IMG/VR virus record: IMGVR_UViG_3300012662_000005
Span: 1 to 34,879 of that record
Length of the DNA: 34,879 bases
Strand: one strand, 5' to 3'
DNA from: a virus
Shown here: positions 8,895 to 16,185 of the stretch, in pieces
Layout: every line of letters starts with the position of its first letter
How positions within the stretch are numbered: the stretch's first letter is position 1
Notes under the pieces: model-generated
What the model was told of the DNA's origin: nothing
What the model saw: the letters and a program-made list of their open reading frames with translations, nothing else
Database searches by the model: none
Position numbers and translations under genes: made by a program

Positions 8895-10475
8895 ATGTCT
8901 TTTAATCCTGATAATTATGATTTGAAAAAACTGTCTGAATATCCAGCAAAGAATTTTAACCGCAGTTTATCGGAAAATGCTTTTTTCCCAGCAGTTGACC
9001 TTGATGAATTAGGTGCGTTGGCGAATTATAAAATTTCCCTGCAAGAATTGCTGGAATTTATCGTCCACACGGGCGATTACACAAACGTTATAGATTACCG
9101 CCCGACACCATATTACACCGCCACAGGGCTGAATTTAACAATAAAAGCGGGCTGGCGTATGGATTGCCCAAACGGCTTTGAATCAACAGGTGAGTATAAA
9201 AATAGCGAAATTCGGATTGATTCAGACCGTGCAATAGACATGTCGCAATATGGCAGCGGCATTTGGATCTTGTTCGTCACCGCATCTGATACGTTCGTTT
9301 TGCCGAAAGCACAGTTGATTACGCGCCCGAACCGCACAGTTGAAACATCGCCGCTGACGGGCACAATTTGCTATGAAACAGACACAAACACATGGTGGCG
9401 TTATGCTGGCACGGCTTGGAATCAAATCATCGGCATGCCGCTGATTAAAGCGAAAATCGCCGACAGCACTATGACCGTATCGCTGTCAAATTCATTGATG
9501 CGCAACCGCTTGAATTTGGAATACTTGCTGATTCAGGCAGGAATCAACATACCTGAAACGCGTGGGCCATTTGAACGCGTTATGTCCAACGTAAAAAAAT
9601 CGGGCGCGGATTTGCTGTATTACATACCAGCGCACACGCAGGTTGATTTGGCAAACTATCCCGACACGCTGGATTTCTTAAAAACCGCTTACGGGCGCGC
9701 TGCGGCGGCGGGCCCGATTGAAACATCAACCTATGGGGCTTTTTATCGCGACCCAGAAACGGGACTTGATTTTGCAACGCCGACCGTCTATTCGCGAGCG
9801 TATTCAAATACTGGCATTTGCCCATTCATTGGGATACCTGCCGATTCTGGATGGGCGGACGGCGCAACGCAGATTTGGACGCCTAAAACCTCGCACGGCG
9901 ATTTGATTATGAAAAAAGACCCGACAGATTCTGATATGAAATGGGCGCGGGTGTATGCGGACGGCTGGGTTGAACAAGGCGGATACGAAACAGCCCCAAC
10001 AAGTGTGTCAGAAGATAGTCGCCCCGTCACCCTAACGATTGAAATGGCTGACGCAAACTATCATGTTCAGCGCACACAGCATGGCGGAACTAGCAACACA
10101 ACGGCATTTTCATGGCAATGGATATCGGACAAACGAAACACATCAGCTGCAAATACCACATCAACATTGTATATCAGCATAGCAAACACCAGTTTTTGCC
10201 AAGGGGTATTCTGGGAGGTTCGCGGCAAGGCATCGGATGCCACGCTGGCAAAGATTCCAAACGCCGAAACTTTTAACGAATATTATCTGATAGGAAACGT
10301 GGTATCAAATATCCCTGCCGATTTGGCGGGTCAACTGGCAACAATTCTGAACGCCTATAATCAGATTGTCCAGCAGGGCGCGGACTTTTTCAGCGTCCAA
10401 GCAACCGATGCCACAGACGCGTTGGCGAAATCAATCGCCAACCCGACAAAATTCGTTTATGTCGCCGATCCATAA
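8895..10475 (+). CDS. tail fibre / receptor-binding protein candidate
   Basis: 526-aa ORF with SD AAGGGGG, directly downstream of the J-like gene. No recognisable catalytic motif. Confidence 0.45.
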   Translation: MSFNPDNYDLKKLSEYPAKNFNRSLSENAFFPAVDLDELGALANYKISLQELLEFIVHTGDYTNVIDYRPTPYYTATGLNLTIKAGWRMDCPNGFESTGEYKNSEIRIDSDRAIDMSQYGSGIWILFVTASDTFVLPKAQLITRPNRTVETSPLTGTICYETDTNTWWRYAGTAWNQIIGMPLIKAKIADSTMTVSLSNSLMRNRLNLEYLLIQAGINIPETRGPFERVMSNVKKSGADLLYYIPAHTQVDLANYPDTLDFLKTAYGRAAAAGPIETSTYGAFYRDPETGLDFATPTVYSRAYSNTGICPFIGIPADSGWADGATQIWTPKTSHGDLIMKKDPTDSDMKWARVYADGWVEQGGYETAPTSVSEDSRPVTLTIEMADANYHVQRTQHGGTSNTTAFSWQWISDKRNTSAANTTSTLYISIANTSFCQGVFWEVRGKASDATLAKIPNAETFNEYYLIGNVVSNIPADLAGQLATILNAYNQIVQQGADFFSVQATDATDALAKSIANPTKFVYVADP

Positions 10476-10485
10476 GGGGGAATGA

Positions 10486-11421
10486 ATGAGCATTTACACT
10501 TTTAAGAAACGCTGGGCAGGCGGCGGACGGCTGAAAAAAAACGGTAAGACGGTGCGCGAAATTTGGACAAACGGACAGCGCATTTATACTGGATGGGACA
10601 AGCCCGCGGATTTGACCGAGGGCGCAACTGTGCTTGAAATTTCGGGCGCGAATAACGCCGTTTGGCAATGCGACCAATCTGGATTTTATCGGTTCTATTG
10701 CGCCAGCAGCGCAGGTGGAAATTCCACGAAAGCACAAGGCGGTGCAGGGGCTGTTATTCAATATGATTTGTGGATTGAACAAGGCGATTTGATTTATGCT
10801 TGGGCTGGATCAGGCGCAACATCTGGTGCGCTGGCTGAAACCAATCTGAAAGGCGGAACGGGGCAAGCAAATTATACTGGCAATCTGCCGTCTGATTATA
10901 ATTTCTGGCTTGGTGGCGGCGGGCGCAATGGCTATTCTGCCAATGATTCGGGGTCGGGTGGCGGCGGTGCTGGCGGTGCTGGCGGGCACGGCGCAAATGC
11001 AGCGGGCTATGGGGTTGATGGCGGTGCTGGCGCGGGCATTATCGTTTATAAAGACAGCGGCACGGAGGTATCAAAAGACACATTCGTTGAACACGGGCTT
11101 TATGCTGTTTTGTGCGCAGGCGGCGGCGGGGCTGGTTGCGATAACGGCACGCCAAGACGTGGCGGCGCATCGGGCGGGGCTGGATCTGCTGGCGGTGCTA
11201 ATGCACAGGGCGCAGGCGGCACAAACGAGGGATTTTTCACAGCCGATGGCTTGGTTGCGGGCACAAATGCGGACATGTCGGGCAACTACGGCATCACGGG
11301 CAAACCTGCGATTGGTAATTTGATAGAAAATGTCGGCGATGGCACGTTTAATGTTCTGACTAATCAAACGGGCAGTAATTCGTCCACAACGGGGCGGTGC
11401 TTTATCAAACGGTTGCTGTAA
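10486..11421 (+). CDS. glycine-rich tail fibre-associated protein
   Basis: 311 aa with long GGxGG/GAGG runs (GSGGGGAGGAGGHGANAAGYGVDGGAGAG) typical of phage glycine-rich fibre proteins. Last gene before a strong terminator. Confidence 0.6.
   Translation: MSIYTFKKRWAGGGRLKKNGKTVREIWTNGQRIYTGWDKPADLTEGATVLEISGANNAVWQCDQSGFYRFYCASSAGGNSTKAQGGAGAVIQYDLWIEQGDLIYAWAGSGATSGALAETNLKGGTGQANYTGNLPSDYNFWLGGGGRNGYSANDSGSGGGGAGGAGGHGANAAGYGVDGGAGAGIIVYKDSGTEVSKDTFVEHGLYAVLCAGGGGAGCDNGTPRRGGASGGAGSAGGANAQGAGGTNEGFFTADGLVAGTNADMSGNYGITGKPAIGNLIENVGDGTFNVLTNQTGSNSSTTGRCFIKRLL
10605..10636. repeat. left copy of a perfect 32-bp inverted repeat (partner 16313..16344)
   Basis: cgcggatttgaccgagggcgcaactgtgcttg is the exact reverse complement of 16313..16344. 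Flanking bases mismatch on both sides. Confidence 0.95.
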
Positions 11422-11446
11422 AGGTATTTGCCCGCAAAAATATTTT

Positions 11447-11470
11447 CGGGGCACAGTGCCCCGTTTTTTG
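11447..11470 (+). terminator. rho-independent terminator ending the tail operon
   Basis: cggggca-cag-tgccccg (7-bp GC-rich stem, 3-nt loop) followed by TTTTTT. Confidence 0.75.
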
Positions 11471-11483
11471 GCTTTTCCAGTTA

Positions 11484-11498
11484 TTTCCATTTTGGAAA
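11484..11498. promoter_or_regulatory. 15-bp palindrome TTTCCATTTTGGAAA (operator candidate, copy 1)
   Basis: 6-bp arms TTTCCA/TGGAAA around TTT. Identical copies at 11556..11570 and 30248..30262. Confidence 0.5.
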
Positions 11499-11520
11499 CA
11501 TGTCAGTTTTTAACGCATTT

Positions 11521-11549
11521 TTGCGATATGTTAAAAAAACAAATATTTT
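11521..11549 (+). promoter_or_regulatory. candidate early promoter (TTGCGA-N17-TATTTT)
   Basis: Sigma70-like hexamers between the two palindrome copies. Copy 2 would cover the predicted transcription start. Confidence 0.4.
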
Positions 11550-11555
11550 TAACAT

Positions 11556-11570
11556 TTTCCATTTTGGAAA
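11556..11570. promoter_or_regulatory. 15-bp palindrome TTTCCATTTTGGAAA (operator candidate, copy 2)
   Basis: Exact repeat of 11484..11498, 72 bp centre to centre. Confidence 0.5.
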
Positions 11571-11626
11571 TAGTTGCTTGCATTTTTATTTTTTTGCTGC
11601 ACAATACATGGCGAAAGGGGGAACAA

Positions 11627-12406
11627 ATGAAAGTTCAATTTACAGACCGTCAATATCAGTTGATTCAGACGTTGCCTGCGGCAGAACGGGGTGCAGTTCT
11701 TGCCGCTTTTTTTGATTTCAAATTTAATCAAGAAAATCAAGTTGCACTTGAAAAACTTGAAAAAAATCAACAAGCGGTTTTTCTGAAAATGCTTGCCAGA
11801 AACTGGGGCGGGGCGCGCGAAAAAAGCGGGCGCAAGCCGCGGAAATCTGGGAAAGTGCAAAAAAAGAACATTGCCGAAAATGAAAATCAAGATAATCAAG
11901 AAAATCAAGTTGCACTTGAAAAACTTGAAAAAAATCAGTCGCGCGTAGTGGATAATAATATATTAAATATAAATAATATAAATATATCCCCAGAAAAGAA
12001 AATAGAAAAACATACCCTTACGGGTATGCAAAAAGAAAAAGAAAAAAATCCGCGCACAAAATGGGATTTGGCGATGGCTGAATGGAATCGGATTGCGGGG
12101 CTTTATCGGCGGCCAAAAGTCCGCGCAATCACCCCGCAGATGCAAACCGCTATTCTTGCCAGATGCGCTGATAACAAAATCCGCATTGGGGAATTTTTTG
12201 CGATTTGCGAAAAAGCCCTGATGCGCGACCCTGCCTTGCGGAACGGCACGGACAAATGGGGCGGCGCAGATTTGATTTATTTCACGCGCCCTGCAAATTT
12301 CACGCGCGCATTGCAGGCCGCAGATAATCCAGACATGAAATTCAGCCGCGGGGACGAAACAGCCGCGGTGCTGGCGGATTTTATCAAAGGGGGCGACAAT
12401 GAGTAA
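11627..12406 (+). CDS. putative replication organiser/initiator (lambda O-like layout; DUF6291-like N-terminus)
   Basis: ATG 11627 is preceded by GGGGGAACAA; the track start 11456 lies in promoter/operator DNA. N-terminus FTDRQYQLIQTLPAAERGAVLAAFFDF. The low-complexity linker is encoded by iteron-like and AT-rich DNA. Function is inferred. Confidence 0.55.
   Translation: MKVQFTDRQYQLIQTLPAAERGAVLAAFFDFKFNQENQVALEKLEKNQQAVFLKMLARNWGGAREKSGRKPRKSGKVQKKNIAENENQDNQENQVALEKLEKNQSRVVDNNILNINNINISPEKKIEKHTLTGMQKEKEKNPRTKWDLAMAEWNRIAGLYRRPKVRAITPQMQTAILARCADNKIRIGEFFAICEKALMRDPALRNGTDKWGGADLIYFTRPANFTRALQAADNPDMKFSRGDETAAVLADFIKGGDNE
11726..11769 (+). repeat. 44-bp perfect direct repeat, copy 1 (iteron cluster)
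   Basis: aatcaagaaaatcaagttgcacttgaaaaacttgaaaaaaatca. Contains AATCAAG x2 and the palindrome CAAGTTGCACTTG. Confidence 0.95.
11894..11937 (+). repeat. 44-bp perfect direct repeat, copy 2 (iteron cluster)
   Basis: Identical to 11726..11769 and offset by 168 bp (in frame). An extra AATCAAG lies at 11885. Confidence 0.95.
11952..11987. other. 36-nt A/T-only tract (candidate DNA unwinding element)
   Basis: ataataatatattaaatataaataatataaatatat lies immediately after the second iteron cluster and inside the CDS. Confidence 0.5.
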
Positions 12407-13091
12407 ATTTATTCAGGGTGATTGTCTGCTGGCGATGCAGGATTTGCCAGACAAAAGCGTTGATTTATTGCTGACCGACCCGCCTTATCTATTCGCCAAG
12501 GGCGGTATGAAAAGCAAACTGAACGCAGGCGTGCGCGCTGCCGACAGCAAAGTTATCACGGAAATGTCGGATTTTGGCGAATCGGAAATCAACGCGTTTT
12601 TGGATTTAGCAAGCGCAAAATTAAAGCGCGCCAACATGTTCATATTCGCAAGCCGCCTGCAAGTGCCGATGTATCTGAATTGGGCAATAAAGCACCGCAA
12701 AAATTACGATATTTTGGTCTGGGACAAATGCAACGAGGGCATAATCAATTACGGGTTTTATAACCCCGCCGTGGAATATATCATCAGGATTTACCAAGAC
12801 GGGTTGTTCAAGGTTGACGATTTGGCGGCATACCAGAAAGTCCAGCGCATTCGCCCCCCCCGCAAAAAGGTTCATCCAGCGCAAAAGCCCGTGGAATTGC
12901 TGCAACGCCTGATAAAGGTATCAACGCGCGCAGGGGACACAATTCTTGATTGCTTTGCGGGGGCTGGATCAACCGCCGTTGCTGCCGAATCGCTGGGGCG
13001 TCAATTTATTGCGATTGAACGCGACCCAAAATTCGCAGAAATCGCGCAAAAGCGGATTGCTGACGCGCGCACATGGGGCGCAGATGAATAA
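12399..13091 (+). CDS. DNA methyltransferase, beta-class N6A/N4C (MTase 1)
   Basis: DPPY motif (LLLTDPPYLF) at the N-terminus, then HPAQKP and the SAM-binding motif ILDCFAGAGST toward the C-terminus. SD GGGGGCGACA. Confidence 0.85.
   Translation: MSKFIQGDCLLAMQDLPDKSVDLLLTDPPYLFAKGGMKSKLNAGVRAADSKVITEMSDFGESEINAFLDLASAKLKRANMFIFASRLQVPMYLNWAIKHRKNYDILVWDKCNEGIINYGFYNPAVEYIIRIYQDGLFKVDDLAAYQKVQRIRPPRKKVHPAQKPVELLQRLIKVSTRAGDTILDCFAGAGSTAVAAESLGRQFIAIERDPKFAEIAQKRIADARTWGADE
12854..12861. repeat. C8 homopolymer inside MTase 1
   Basis: cgc ccc ccc cgc encoding RPPR, upstream of the SAM-binding motif. Confidence 0.95.
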
Positions 13092-13096
13092 ATTGG

Positions 13097-13124
13097 TTGC
13101 AATTTGCAAAAACAATGATATTTT
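13097..13124 (+). promoter_or_regulatory. candidate promoter TTGCAA-N16-TATTTT
   Basis: Hexamers in the 70-bp gap upstream of 13162. Same -35 hexamer and spacing as the four conserved cassettes. Confidence 0.35.
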
Positions 13125-13161
13125 TAACGAGAGCGCAAAACTTTAACGAAAGGGGGAACAA

Positions 13162-13710
13162 ATGATAACAAAAACTGAATGGGCTGCTGCTGTCTTGTAT
13201 TGCAAATCGCTTGCGGGCTTGCGCGATGCGCCAAGCAAAGAATACTTGGAGGCATTGTATGGCGAAATCAAGGGGCTATTCACAAAAGCGGAAATTGAAC
13301 AGGCGGCGCGGCAAATTGCCGTGAACGAGGATTTGTTCGGGCAATTCCCGCCAATCAAACTGTGGCTGCAATATTGCCCAGCGTATCAGCAATCGCAAGC
13401 ATCGGCATATTCTGACCGCGCTGGCTTTATGGATCTGTTGCAGGAATGGGCGACATGCGACCAATTCACATTTAAGGTCATTGAATCCGATTTGACAAAA
13501 GAAATCGCCCGCGCAGGCGGCGACCTTGGCAAAAAAGCCCTTGCGTGCGCTGGCTATTCGCTTGCGGGCTTGCGTCTATATGGGAAAAGTGAACCCGCAC
13601 TTTGCGGGGCATTGCGGGCAATATCGGCGCAATGGGACAGATTGGCGAAAAAGATTTCTGATAAAATTTTAATTGATGCGAAAAAAGTTGTTGCAATCCC
13701 CGAAAAATAA
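13162..13710 (+). CDS. hypothetical protein
   Basis: 182-aa ORF with an exact GGGGGAACAAATG start context. The 3' end encodes KKVVA from the embedded promoter sequence. Confidence 0.7.
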   Translation: MITKTEWAAAVLYCKSLAGLRDAPSKEYLEALYGEIKGLFTKAEIEQAARQIAVNEDLFGQFPPIKLWLQYCPAYQQSQASAYSDRAGFMDLLQEWATCDQFTFKVIESDLTKEIARAGGDLGKKALACAGYSLAGLRLYGKSEPALCGALRAISAQWDRLAKKISDKILIDAKKVVAIPEK

Positions 13711-13718
13711 TTTATAAT
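13691..13718 (+). promoter_or_regulatory. conserved early promoter cassette P1 (TTGCAA-N16-TATAAT)
   Basis: aaaaaagttgTTGCAA...tTATAATtaaaacacagataaa...ctgggggaacaaATG. Near-identical to the copy at 18638. Confidence 0.6.
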
Positions 13719-13751
13719 TAAAACACAGATAAATAAAAACTGGGGGAACAA

Positions 13752-13985
13752 ATGATTACGAAATCTGAACAAATCCGCACAGCCCTGCTTGCTGGCGAGG
13801 GCAAGAAAGCGATTTCAATCGCCGCGAAATTCTGGGACAAAAGCCCCAGAACCGAGGCGTGCAAATTGGCGCAATCGGCGATTTTATCGCCCGCATTCAT
13901 GCGCCAACTGGGGAAAGACCCAGATAAACTGATTGCAGACGCAATCACAGTTTTATCACAAGAATTTGTAGGGGGAACAAAATGA
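13752..13985 (+). CDS. hypothetical protein
   Basis: 77-aa ORF with an exact GGGGGAACAAATG context and an ATGA overlap with the next gene. Confidence 0.7.
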   Translation: MITKSEQIRTALLAGEGKKAISIAAKFWDKSPRTEACKLAQSAILSPAFMRQLGKDPDKLIADAITVLSQEFVGGTK

Positions 13986-14320
13986 ACGAATCAGTAAAAT
14001 CAATCGCGGATTGGCATGCCAAAACATTTCCAGATGCAACCCTTGCGGGACAAAACGACAAATTCATTGCTGAAATGCGTGAATGGGAGGCAAGCGGCAA
14101 GGGCGATGTGCTGGAACTTGCAGATATGTTCATTGTCGCGGCGGGCATGTCAAGGTTTTCAACAATGGCCGCGATGCTGGCGTTTGGTGTTGTTTTTGCC
14201 GAACGTAAAAATCATTTCAGCAAACACGACCTGCAAATGGCGATTGACCGCAAGATGAAAATCAACCGCGCCCGCAAATGGGATTTTGCAGATGGCAAAT
14301 ATCAACACAAGGGGGAATAA
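13982..14320 (+). CDS. MazG-like nucleotide pyrophosphohydrolase (candidate)
   Basis: 112 aa, all-alpha, with an acidic EMREWE...LELADMFIV pattern resembling MazG/NTP-PPase metal-binding helices. Confidence 0.5.
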   Translation: MNESVKSIADWHAKTFPDATLAGQNDKFIAEMREWEASGKGDVLELADMFIVAAGMSRFSTMAAMLAFGVVFAERKNHFSKHDLQMAIDRKMKINRARKWDFADGKYQHKGE

Positions 14321-14321
14321 G

Positions 14322-14477
14322 ATGCCGCAAAATTTTGAAATCTTGCCCTGCCCGTATTGCAAAAAGCGGCAGATATTCAGAATGGTGCGCCAGAATGTTT
14401 TGCGCTGCGCCAGATGCGGGCAATACTTATCTTTTCCAACACACATTGAATTTAAGGGGGCTGCAAATGACAACTGA
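14322..14477 (+). CDS. small zinc-ribbon protein
   Basis: 51 aa from ATG 14322 (GGGGGAATAAG upstream). CPYC...CARC pairs. Confidence 0.6.
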   Translation: MPQNFEILPCPYCKKRQIFRMVRQNVLRCARCGQYLSFPTHIEFKGAANDN

Positions 14478-14946
14478 TGAAATTGAACGCAATAAAAGTT
14501 TAGTCGGCTGCGTATGCCGTTTATGGAACGATTCCAAAGATAAAGCCGAAATCTTGATTTTGGAAAAATATTGCCACGCGCGCCTGCGCCCGTTTGGGGC
14601 GATGGGCTATTGGTGGGCGAATTGCGAAATTGTCCCAGACGATGAATTACAACAATCGCCATATCACCCTTACAGCGCACCGCAATTCTTGACATATGGC
14701 GAAATTATAGAACTGCAAGGGCTGCTGTCGTTTGCGCTGGCCCGCTGGGGCGATTCGCTGAACGAATGGGGCGCGCACTGCTTGAATAAGGCAAAAGCCG
14801 AATTGTCGCGCTTGCAATGCGCCGCGCCGCATGATGTCTTTGCGGGCGATTTCGTGGGCATGATAACGCCATGCCATTTTGCCAATCATTGCGATGCAAC
14901 CGCGCCCACGCGCCTGATTCCAACAAAGCAAGGGGGCTATAAATGA
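14467..14946 (+). CDS. hypothetical protein
   Basis: 159 aa from ATG 14467 (GGGGGCTGCAA upstream). The longer track ORF (14278) overlaps two other genes. Confidence 0.65.
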   Translation: MTTDEIERNKSLVGCVCRLWNDSKDKAEILILEKYCHARLRPFGAMGYWWANCEIVPDDELQQSPYHPYSAPQFLTYGEIIELQGLLSFALARWGDSLNEWGAHCLNKAKAELSRLQCAAPHDVFAGDFVGMITPCHFANHCDATAPTRLIPTKQGGYK

Positions 14947-15116
14947 TTTCAGACGACCAACTGATGGTAAAGGTTGAATTTCTTGTCCCCGCATCGGTAA
15001 TGTCCGATGATGCGGTGCGCGATGTGCTGTATGACCAAATTGGGGCTTTCAACCTTTACGCGTTAAAAATTAAAAAAACAACCGTTAAACAAGAAATGCA
15101 AGCATGGAGGAAATGA
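14943..15116 (+). CDS. hypothetical small protein (57 aa; below the track cutoff)
   Basis: ATG 14943 after GGGGGCTATAA. ATGA overlap upstream; stop overlaps the start of the HD gene. Confidence 0.5.
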   Translation: MISDDQLMVKVEFLVPASVMSDDAVRDVLYDQIGAFNLYALKIKKTTVKQEMQAWRK

Positions 15117-15751
15117 TGGGCGTATTTGATTATGTTCGCAGGGAACAGCCAGCGGCGCAGCCGCAGGCGCAACAGAATACCGAATCGGGGGCTGATGTAT
15201 TCAGCCGCGAATTGGTGCTGATAGACAATGCCGATTTGCGGGAGGCGGTTCAGTGTGCGCTGGAACATGCGCCGTCTTATTTTTGGGAAATGCCAGCGTC
15301 CAGCACGGGCAAATATCACCCCGCCTATACATTGGGCGCGGGCGGCCTTGTGCGCCATACCAAGGCGGCGGTGCGGATTGCTGACGCGCTGTTGCGCCTT
15401 GAAATGTATGCGCCCCTTGCTGCGCGCAAAGACGAAATAATCGCCGCCCTGATTCTGCATGATAGCGTTAAAAAGGGTGCATCTGGCGGGCAATACACAA
15501 CGATTGAACACCCGCTGGCAGCCGCGGATCATTTCCAGCGCATCGCGCAGGGGCTGGAATACAGGGGCGACATTGAATTTATTTGCGGGCTAATCCGCGC
15601 GCACATGGGGCAATGGAACAAAGATTTTGACGGGAACGATGTCCTGCCAAAACCGATTACGCCGCATCAACAATTTGTTCATTTGTGCGATTATTTGGCA
15701 TCGCGAAAATTTATCACGATAACGGAGGATTCAGGCGCACCCCTGAAATAA
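15113..15751 (+). CDS. HD-domain metal-dependent phosphohydrolase
   Basis: GGAGG SD then ATG 15113/15116. Motifs SSTGKYHP, GGLVRHT, ALILHDSVKK and CDYLASR are typical of phage HD hydrolases. Confidence 0.7.
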   Translation: MMGVFDYVRREQPAAQPQAQQNTESGADVFSRELVLIDNADLREAVQCALEHAPSYFWEMPASSTGKYHPAYTLGAGGLVRHTKAAVRIADALLRLEMYAPLAARKDEIIAALILHDSVKKGASGGQYTTIEHPLAAADHFQRIAQGLEYRGDIEFICGLIRAHMGQWNKDFDGNDVLPKPITPHQQFVHLCDYLASRKFITITEDSGAPLK

Positions 15752-15757
15752 CCGCAG

Positions 15758-15790
15758 AAATCAGGCAAAAACACCGCCTGATTTTTTTTG
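15758..15790 (+). terminator. rho-independent terminator
   Basis: aaatcaggc-aaaaacacc-gcctgattt (9-bp stem) followed by a T run. Confidence 0.75.
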
Positions 15791-15810
15791 CAATTTTTTT
15801 AATTTTTTTC

Positions 15811-15839
15811 TTGCAATCGGTTTTGTTTTAATTTATAAT
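15811..15839 (+). promoter_or_regulatory. conserved early promoter cassette P2 (TTGCAA-N17-TATAAT)
   Basis: aatttttttcTTGCAAtcgg...aattTATAATtaaatcataga. Near-identical to the minus-strand copy at 29468..29495. Confidence 0.6.
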
Positions 15840-15882
15840 TAAATCATAGATAAAAGAACAAAACCAAATGGGGGAACAAAAA

Positions 15883-16185
15883 ATGACATTAAACGAATTT
15901 GCAGAAATGGTGCAAGGCAAGGTTTGGATTAAAGGCGACAAGATTCGTATTTATTTCCAATCTGATAAGACCGCAAAAGCATATCTGGATTATGACGAGG
16001 ATTTGGGCGACAAATTTGAAACGGGAATTGAGGGTGCGAATCTGCGCGTATTCAGCGATTGCCAGTCGCAAAGCCGCCTTTGGAATGTAAATCGTGCAAA
16101 GCAAATCAAGTTTGAAATCATGCAGCGCATCGCCGCCATCACTGGGGACGAAATCTGCGACAAATGGGAGGACGTAATATTATGA
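15883..16185 (+). CDS. hypothetical protein
   Basis: 100 aa from ATG 15883 (GGGGGAACAAAAA upstream). The track start 15868 lies inside the SD. Confidence 0.7.
   Translation: MTLNEFAEMVQGKVWIKGDKIRIYFQSDKTAKAYLDYDEDLGDKFETGIEGANLRVFSDCQSQSRLWNVNRAKQIKFEIMQRIAAITGDEICDKWEDVIL

Noticed and set aside
10910-11490. Alternative-frame ORFs in the glycine-rich gene region (10910..11323 +, 11071..11490 -, 11100..11285 -)
   Set aside because: GGN-repeat DNA keeps several frames open. The Ala/Pro/Arg-rich products are compositional artefacts, and the annotated frame has the SD and fits the operon.
11456-11626. N-terminal extension of the 11456..12406 ORF given in the track
   Set aside because: The extension covers promoter, operator and terminator-adjacent DNA and encodes Phe/Ile-rich low-complexity sequence. 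The internal ATG 11627 has the phage-typical GGGGGAACAA signal.
11726-11937. Mini CRISPR-like array (44-bp repeats separated by unique sequence)
   Set aside because: Only two copies are present. The repeats are A-rich, in frame within a CDS and offset by a multiple of 3, and no cas genes or leader are present. An iteron/ori interpretation fits better.
14278-14466. Upstream extensions of track ORFs (14278 versus 14467; similarly 14286 versus 14322, 22046 versus 22109, 23418 versus 23439, 23575 versus 23731, 26298 versus 26316, 30052 versus 30076, 32653 versus 32692, 33457 versus 33520)
   Set aside because: In each case an internal ATG is preceded at 3 to 8 nt by the G-rich SD, and it removes long overlaps with the preceding gene. 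Several of the longer versions start at TTG or GTG.
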